Of a DNA stretch of 5,187 bases, positions 1-5,187 are shown one piece after another. Every line of letters begins with the position of its first letter. The stretch's first letter is position 1. The DNA is taken from the NCBI GenBank assembly GCA_048938295.1, contig JBHLMI010000057.1, forward strand, positions 1 to 5,187, written 5' to 3'. The notes beneath the pieces are model-generated. The model did no database searches, was not told the DNA's origin, and saw only the letters and a program-made list of their open reading frames with translations. A program made the translations under genes and the position numbers. The DNA comes from Promethearchaeota archaeon (GTDB taxonomy: Archaea; Asgardarchaeota; Hermodarchaeia; Hermodarchaeales; Hermodarchaeaceae).

Positions 1-2
1 GG

Positions 3-263
3 ACTGCCATCGAACATCTTATTCAACAAAATAAAAAAGCCCCCAATGATGTTCGAGTAGCAGCCCAAACTAAAATGAAAACGTTACTTCGGGATCTCAT
101 TGCCAATAGGTTATTGAAACTCATGAAATTAGCATCGCGAGAAGAACGAATACGCGAGACCAAAAAGAAAATGACCGAAGAAGAACGGTGGCTCTTTGAC
201 AAACTCACCAGTCTGTTACGTAATTGGCAGAAAGAAGTAATGGAGATCGGAAATAGTGACTGA
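3..263 (+). CDS. gins23: Probable DNA replication complex GINS subunit (Gins23/Psf2-Psf3-like), C-terminal helical A-domain, 5' partial
   Basis: Frame +3 is open from the window start to TGA at 261-263 (TAIEHLIQQNKK...LLRDLIANRLLKLMKLAS...KKMTEEERWLFDKLTSLLRNWQKEVMEIGNSD*), so the listed 75..263 ORF is only its tail. RLLKLMKLA and MTEEERWLFDKL resemble the GINS A-domain end (R-x2-K-I...L-T-x-E-E-x2-L-F). It lies directly upstream of and overlaps mcm, a known archaeal gins23-mcm arrangement. Assignment is by motif recollection plus synteny, with no database search. Confidence 0.7.
   Translation, partial: TAIEHLIQQNKKAPNDVRVAAQTKMKTLLRDLIANRLLKLMKLASREERIRETKKKMTEEERWLFDKLTSLLRNWQKEVMEIGNSD
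242..247 (+). promoter_or_regulatory. Putative Shine-Dalgarno site for mcm (GGAGAT)
   Basis: GGAGAT at 242-247 matches GGAGGT at 5 of 6 positions, lies 8 nt upstream of the GTG at 256, and sits inside the upstream gene's coding sequence. Confidence 0.55.
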
Positions 264-3200
264 AGAAATCGACTATATCGCCCGTTATGAGGAATTTTTT
301 AGGTCTTACAAGACCGAAGAAGGTGACACTCCCTACAATGATGCCATCGCCCGTCTCAGTCTAGACAACCTCATTTCCATATCGATTGATTTCAATCACC
401 TACTTACCTTCGATCCTGATCTCGCCATCGCAACGAAGAAGAATCCCCAACGCGCCATCGAAGCAGCTTCAACAGCCATCCTTCGCATTCTTCGAGTCGT
501 TGATCCCGATTATTATGAAATCGTTAAGGAACAAAAGATTCATGGACGGTTCAAAGAAGTTCCTGACCGCGTATCCGTGCGTTTCATTCGAGCTGAACAT
601 ATCGGACAATTAATCATGGTCGACGCATTGGTCACACGCGTTAGCGATGTTAAGCCCCTCCTCGTCGAAGGCGTCTTCCAGTGCCGAGAATGCTTAGAAC
701 CCATCACGGTCCCCCAAACCAACCAATTCATTCCCCCAACTATTTGCATGAACGAAGCCTGTCGAAGCAAAGGACCCTTTGACCTAATACCTGAACGCTC
801 CAAATTCGTAGACTGGCAAAAAATCCGACTTCAAGAAAAACCTGAAGAATTACCGCCCGGCGCTTTACCCAGAGCCCTCGACTGCATCCTTCGAGAGGAT
901 CTCGTCGATATCGCTCGCCCAGGCGACCCCTGCCGCGTCGTTGGCATCTTACGATCAACCCAGGACACCACTGCCCGAACAAGGCGGAAAGCCCCCACCT
1001 TTAGCGTCTTTTTAGACACAAACTATGTCGCAGTCTCAGAAAGAGAAGCTGACCGCGTGGAAATCGAACCAAAAGAAGAAGAAGCCATCCGCGAACTCGC
1101 CAAAGACCCCCTCGTTCATCGCAAACTCGTCAACTCAATAGCCCCCTCCATTTACGGCTTAACCGACATCAAAGAAGCCGTCTGTCTCCTTCTATTTGGC
1201 GGAGTAAGCAAACTCCTCGCCGACGGCGTCAAAATCCGCGGCGACTCCAACATCCTCCTCGTAGGGGACCCCGGAACAGCAAAGAGCATACACGGGTCAG
1301 AAAAAATTTATGTCGGGTATCAACAGAAAAATCGCATCCATTGGATCACCAACTCAATCGGCTCATTTGTTAACAAATTAATGACGGACTTTTCAGACGA
1401 TATTATCGAAAGTAATCACACAGAGGTTCTTTCGCTACCAGATTCCAAATCCATCTTTACTCAAGCACTGGATCCTTTTTCATTGAAAATCAAGAAATCA
1501 CGGATATACGAAGTTAGCAGGCATCAAACTAGCAAATTGATTAGAATCAAAACCCGCTCAGGAAGAAAAGTGCTAGCTACTCCAGACCACTCATTTACAA
1601 CGATTTCAAATGGTCACTTGAAAGTAGTTACTGCAAATGAACTTCATACCGGCGTTTATCTACCGGTTGCTAGGAATATAAGTCTAGGAATTGGTAACGC
1701 TTCTTTCGATTTGAGTTCAGAATTTCCAGCAAATGAGCTTGTCAGCACTGATGTGATTCTTAACCAAATAGAACAAGTAAATATTGGCAGTATGAGTGGA
1801 AAACGAGCTGCTGCTATCTCAAATGTAACACCAAATACAATGGGCGCAATAATCCAGGGCAAAATCTCGTTGCCTTCGGGTTCTTGGATACGGAGAAAGC
1901 GTGATACTAGTTGGTTTCCGAAATCGATAACGTTAGAAACGCATACAGGTCGGATAATTGGATTTTATCTTGCCGAAGGAAATGTTGAAGGACCGTCAAT
2001 CAGGTTTTCTAATCTTGATGAATATATCAAGAATACTATTGAAGAAGATCTTGAATCAACCTTTGGAAAAGCATCAATTTTTGAAAAGGGGGTTTTCCTT
2101 TGTCAATCAAGTATAGCCAAGTGGTTCCAAGAAAAATTCGGATCCGGAGCTAAAGAAAAAAGAATTCCCAAAGAGTTACTTAACACACCCCATTCATTCA
2201 GATGTGCTTTACTATCTGGTTATTTTTCTGGCGATGGTACAATTGACAAGAAAGGTTCCGCGGTTTCTGCTACAACTATTAGCAGGAACCTAGCATATCA
2301 GATTAGTGACCTTCTTGCAACACTTGGTATTTTTGTTACAATTAGAGAACATAGAATTACCAAGGGGCCCTACGCGGATAGGATTTATTATCAAATTAGA
2401 GTTCAATCGGAAGATATACTCCAATTCAACAAATACATTAGTCTTGTTTCTCAATCTAAACAAAGAGCTCTTGAAGATTTAGTCTTTAAGCTACAAAGAC
2501 GACAGCGTTACCAGTCTAGAGATATTATTCCCAACTTCGGGCGGCTTCTCAATGATGCATACAGAGAACTTGGTATTTCAAGTAGGAGAGGAACTTGGGC
2601 TCGAGAGTTCCTAGGTGAGCTACGTGGAAAGACCTACCGACAACGCGTTGGACGCAAATATCTCCAAAACGTTGTCTCCAAACTCTCCGCTTTCAAGTCC
2701 TTTCAATCACCTACACTTTCTTGGTTACACACTTTAGCTCATTCTGATATCTTTTGGGACCCAATCACTCACATAGAGGAAATAGCCCAGGACACAATGG
2801 TCTATGACATCGCTACTTCTGATGGGCACTTCGTCCTCGCCCAAGGCAATCTTGTTGTTCATAACAGCCAGCTTTTGAAGTATGTGGCACAAATCGCCCC
2901 ACGTGGGCTTTACACGTCCGGGAAAGGCTCAACCGCTGCGGGCCTCACCGCCGCCGTACTCCGCGACCCTGACACCGAAGGATTCGCCCTCGAAGCCGGC
3001 GCCCTCGTCCTAGCCGACCGAGGAACCGCATGTCTTCATCCAAGTGCCCGTATCTTGATGAATAATGAATTCATGACAATTGAGGAAGCTTATGCTACGA
3101 CTAATGCAGTTGAGGCGTTTTCGAATAGCGAAGTTGTGATGGTGGGGGAAATTAATGCAATGGTTCCCTCGATTACTAGCAGCTTAGATGTTCTCGAGTG

Positions 3201-5187
3201 CCGATCAAATTATGTTCGTAAAAGAGATTATTCAGGATTTCTCGTTAAGATTTCGACTGAAACTGGGTTCCAGACTATCGTAACACCTGACCATATGTTT
3301 TTGGATGGGACTTCGTTAGACTGGAAAATAGCTCAGAACCTTCGAGAAGGTGATTGTCTCGTCGCCCCACTTAAATTACCAGGTCATAATAACTCAATCC
3401 TAATATTCGATACCATCCCAGATAGCTGGATTGTATGTCTCGACCAAACTGAGAAGAACGAATTACGAGTTGCCCTTTTAGACGAATTTGGTTCTCTTGC
3501 AAACATTAATCGGTTCTTTGGGTTACGAAAAGATGTTTTCTCAGGCCGTTCTCAAATGAAGGTTAAATCCTTACGGAAAATCTTATCACACCTAAATATT
3601 CTCGAGAAATGGAAGAAACGTAAATTATCCTATGGACGGAAACAATCGGGAGAACGGCTAAAAGTCTTCGAAATCACTCCAGAAATGGCTTATTTCATGG
3701 GGTTTGTATTTGGAGACGGTTGGAATCGCACTAACAATCGTCGCTCCTCTTTGAGCATCCGACAATCCTTAGTGAATCAAGACCAAATAAACCGCGTATT
3801 AGAATCCTATTCGACATTTTCCAAACGTTCGCTTAGGAATTATCCCACAAAAACAGAAAGTGAAATTCGAGGAAGAACAGTACGAAGTCAATCGCTCATC
3901 TTAACTGCTAACTCAAATCTACTAACTCATATCTACGTTTATCTAACGCAAAATAATCTTTCAAACCTACTAAAATTACCTGACCAATCACTTTCTGCCT
4001 TTCTTGCTGGAATTGTGGATACTGATGGTTGCGTCTCAATTAAACGAGATACTAGAGGAGATTCTGAACATCACACTGTTCACGTAGATATTCAGTGCTC
4101 GAATAGCTGGCTTGAAAATCGAGCTTTACTACTTGCTCTTCGAAGATTCGATTGTTATGGACGGCTAAAACCCGACACTGAGATTATCCACATCCAAATA
4201 ACTGCTCGTACTGATGTGGAAGCATTACTTTCAGCAATTAGACCATATAGTGTGAAAGTGAAACCGCTTCCCAAAGTACTACGAACCATCTCCAGTCTAA
4301 GTGACAAAATCCCAAGCAAGCCAGTTGCTTCTCTCGCCAATCAGATTTCGAAACTCAACACTTCAATGCTAGTGAAGAAAGGAATCTGGAGTACAATTTA
4401 CAGTTATAAACATCAACGCTACCCACCAAGTAGAGGTCAATTACAAAAAATCCAGTCAATCTTAACAGATCAACTCACCCCTTCTGAACACGAAACAATC
4501 AACAACCTCATCAAACGAGACTATTTCTTAGATTCGATCATTTCCATTGAAAAAATCCCGTACAAAGGACCGGTCTATGATCTTTACGTTCCTAGAACAC
4601 ACAACTATCTAGCGGATGGTCTAATCACACACAACTGCATTGACGAGTTCGACAAAATGCGCCCCCAAGACCGAACCGCAATCCATGAAGCGATGGAACA
4701 ACATAGTTATCATCCATCAACTGAGATTTTGCTAGCTAATGGTCAGAGAGTTGAAATCGGACAATTTGTTGATGACCTATTTGATCAACATTGTGCCGAA
4801 GTTGTAGCTGGGATTGACTGCGAGATACTTGATGGCCAAAAACTGGACATTGAACTCTATACCTTTGAAAACAATAAGGTTCAGAATGTGTCGGTTGATC
4901 GAATCAGTCGACATGTTGCTCCAGACTTTTTCTATCGGATTACTTACTCCAATGGTCGGTCGGTCTTTGTTACACCTGAGCATCCAATTTTCCTATTTGA
5001 AAACGGGGACATAACTACGAAACCTGTTTCTGAATTGCAGGTTGGAAGCTTTGTTCCTGCTCCTAGTGTTATCCCTTGTGGTCATAATCCAGGGGCACTT
5101 TTAACTACCGATATTCCCTTCCACCATAACGCAAAACCCATCGACTTGCCAGAACGATTCAACTCAGAACTTGCTCGTCTTCTCGGT
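256..5187 (+). CDS. mcm: Replicative DNA helicase MCM (Cdc21/Cdc46 family) precursor with at least three inteins, 3' partial
   Basis: Manual translation from GTG256 gives 1644 codons with no stop. Exteins are 256-1284, 2866-3030 and 4636-4704. MCM motifs: N-terminal domain (IDFNHLLTFDPDLA...NP), C4 zinc finger CREC-x17-CMNEAC (682-762), FVDWQKIRLQEKPEELPPGALPR, RPGD, IAPSIYG, IRGDSNILLVGDPGTAK|SQLL (Walker A), YTSGKGSTAAGLTAAV, LEAGALVLADRGTA|CIDEFDKM (Walker B) and IHEAMEQH. Confidence 0.98.
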   Translation, partial: MTEEIDYIARYEEFFRSYKTEEGDTPYNDAIARLSLDNLISISIDFNHLLTFDPDLAIATKKNPQRAIEAASTAILRILRVVDPDYYEIVKEQKIHGRFKEVPDRVSVRFIRAEHIGQLIMVDALVTRVSDVKPLLVEGVFQCRECLEPITVPQTNQFIPPTICMNEACRSKGPFDLIPERSKFVDWQKIRLQEKPEELPPGALPRALDCILREDLVDIARPGDPCRVVGILRSTQDTTARTRRKAPTFSVFLDTNYVAVSEREADRVEIEPKEEEAIRELAKDPLVHRKLVNSIAPSIYGLTDIKEAVCLLLFGGVSKLLADGVKIRGDSNILLVGDPGTAKSIHGSEKIYVGYQQKNRIHWITNSIGSFVNKLMTDFSDDIIESNHTEVLSLPDSKSIFTQALDPFSLKIKKSRIYEVSRHQTSKLIRIKTRSGRKVLATPDHSFTTISNGHLKVVTANELHTGVYLPVARNISLGIGNASFDLSSEFPANELVSTDVILNQIEQVNIGSMSGKRAAAISNVTPNTMGAIIQGKISLPSGSWIRRKRDTSWFPKSITLETHTGRIIGFYLAEGNVEGPSIRFSNLDEYIKNTIEEDLESTFGKASIFEKGVFLCQSSIAKWFQEKFGSGAKEKRIPKELLNTPHSFRCALLSGYFSGDGTIDKKGSAVSATTISRNLAYQISDLLATLGIFVTIREHRITKGPYADRIYYQIRVQSEDILQFNKYISLVSQSKQRALEDLVFKLQRRQRYQSRDIIPNFGRLLNDAYRELGISSRRGTWAREFLGELRGKTYRQRVGRKYLQNVVSKLSAFKSFQSPTLSWLHTLAHSDIFWDPITHIEEIAQDTMVYDIATSDGHFVLAQGNLVVHNSQLLKYVAQIAPRGLYTSGKGSTAAGLTAAVLRDPDTEGFALEAGALVLADRGTACLHPSARILMNNEFMTIEEAYATTNAVEAFSNSEVVMVGEINAMVPSITSSLDVLECRSNYVRKRDYSGFLVKISTETGFQTIVTPDHMFLDGTSLDWKIAQNLREGDCLVAPLKLPGHNNSILIFDTIPDSWIVCLDQTEKNELRVALLDEFGSLANINRFFGLRKDVFSGRSQMKVKSLRKILSHLNILEKWKKRKLSYGRKQSGERLKVFEITPEMAYFMGFVFGDGWNRTNNRRSSLSIRQSLVNQDQINRVLESYSTFSKRSLRNYPTKTESEIRGRTVRSQSLILTANSNLLTHIYVYLTQNNLSNLLKLPDQSLSAFLAGIVDTDGCVSIKRDTRGDSEHHTVHVDIQCSNSWLENRALLLALRRFDCYGRLKPDTEIIHIQITARTDVEALLSAIRPYSVKVKPLPKVLRTISSLSDKIPSKPVASLANQISKLNTSMLVKKGIWSTIYSYKHQRYPPSRGQLQKIQSILTDQLTPSEHETINNLIKRDYFLDSIISIEKIPYKGPVYDLYVPRTHNYLADGLITHNCIDEFDKMRPQDRTAIHEAMEQHSYHPSTEILLANGQRVEIGQFVDDLFDQHCAEVVAGIDCEILDGQKLDIELYTFENNKVQNVSVDRISRHVAPDFFYRITYSNGRSVFVTPEHPIFLFENGDITTKPVSELQVGSFVPAPSVIPCGHNPGALLTTDIPFHHNAKPIDLPERFNSELARLLG
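1285..2865 (+). mobile_element. Intein 1 (527 aa) in MCM Walker A, with LAGLIDADG homing endonuclease
   Basis: In-frame insertion between GDPGTAK and SQLLKY. Ser1 (SIHGSEKIYV), block B TPDH (1579-1590), LAGLIDADG motifs IIGFYLAEG (1954-1980) and LLSGYFSGDG (2209-2238), block D FGSGAKEKRIP (2137-2169), block H SRNLAYQISDLLATLGI, block F VYDIATSDGHFVL, C-terminal VVHN followed by +1 Ser. More AT-rich than the exteins (1441-1500 is 20/60 GC; extein 1201-1260 is 36/60). Confidence 0.96.
3031..4635 (+). mobile_element. Intein 2 (535 aa) immediately before MCM Walker B, with LAGLIDADG homing endonuclease
   Basis: In-frame insertion between ADRGTA and CIDEFDK. Cys1 (CLHPSARILM), block B TPDH (3283-3294), LAGLIDADG motifs FMGFVFGDG (3694-3720) and FLAGIVDTDG (4000-4029), block F VYDLYVPRTHNYLADG, C-terminal ITHN followed by +1 Cys. 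Confidence 0.96.
4705..5187 (+). mobile_element. Intein 3 (N-terminal 161 aa, 3' partial) after the MCM IHEAMEQH motif
   Basis: The MCM sequence expected after MEQ(Q/H), T(V/I)SIAKAG-like, is replaced by SYHPSTEILLANGQRVEIGQFVDDL (block A, Ser1). Block B is VTPEHPIF (TPEH at 4972-4983), followed by ELQVGSFVPAP. The window ends at FNSELARLLG, the typical lead-in to a first LAGLIDADG helix. The C-terminus is outside the window. Confidence 0.92.

Noticed and set aside
75-263. 62-aa ORF treated as a complete small gene starting at ATG75
   Set aside because: The same frame is open back to position 3 with no stop, so it is most likely the tail of a longer gene starting upstream of the window.
23-1019. 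Short ORFs 23..208(-), 386..613(+), 540..803(-), 740..982(-) and 831..1019(-)
   Set aside because: All overlap the GINS or MCM N-terminal coding sequence on the opposite strand or in another frame and show no recognisable motifs. They are best explained as shadow ORFs.
2941-2952. A possible fourth (mini-)intein at the GL|TAAV site
   Set aside because: The extein reads continuously as YTSGKGSTAAGLTAAVLRD, so the site is empty.
3930-3999. Intein 2 lacks an obvious block D K-x-I-P motif, suggesting a degenerate endonuclease
   Set aside because: Block D is poorly conserved among intein LAGLIDADG enzymes and both acidic catalytic motifs are present. Degeneration cannot be inferred without an alignment.
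1285-4635. Interpreting the insertions as introns, IS elements or frameshifted pseudogene segments
   Set aside because: Both complete insertions are exact multiples of 3 (1581 and 1605 nt), contain no stops, and have canonical intein termini (S/C...HN followed by S/C). I saw no terminal inverted repeats, target duplications or transposase motifs.
1656-5014. Short ORFs 1656..1862(-), 4155..4340(-), 4777..4983(-) and 4814..5014(+) as passenger genes inside the inteins
   Set aside because: They overlap frames with clear intein or endonuclease motifs, are under 70 aa, and have no evident RBS or domain signature.
1-5187. CRISPR arrays, tRNA/rRNA genes, long tandem or inverted repeats, terminators
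   Set aside because: None were seen by eye. The window is entirely protein coding, and short palindromes such as cggatccg near 2139-2146 and gaa runs near 1075-1083 are consistent with chance or codon content.

Overview
Archaeal chromosomal DNA-replication locus. The window opens in the 3' end of a probable GINS (Gins23-type) gene, whose stop overlaps the GTG start of a replicative MCM helicase gene by 8 nt. The MCM reading frame (+ strand, from 256) is open for 1644 codons to the window edge. It is missing from the supplied ORF track, presumably because it has no stop in the window. Only 421 of those codons are MCM (exteins of 343, 55 and 23 aa). The rest are three in-frame inteins: a complete 527-aa intein inside Walker A (GDPGTAK|SQLL), a complete 535-aa intein just before Walker B (GTA|CIDEFDK), and a third starting after IHEAMEQH that runs off the window. 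The two complete inteins carry LAGLIDADG homing endonucleases with acidic catalytic positions present, plus HTH-like inserts. Multi-intein archaeal MCMs are a known phenomenon. The less obvious signals are codon-usage anomalies in the extein next to intein 1, similarity between the Ser-starting inteins 1 and 3, and the HTH-like modules.
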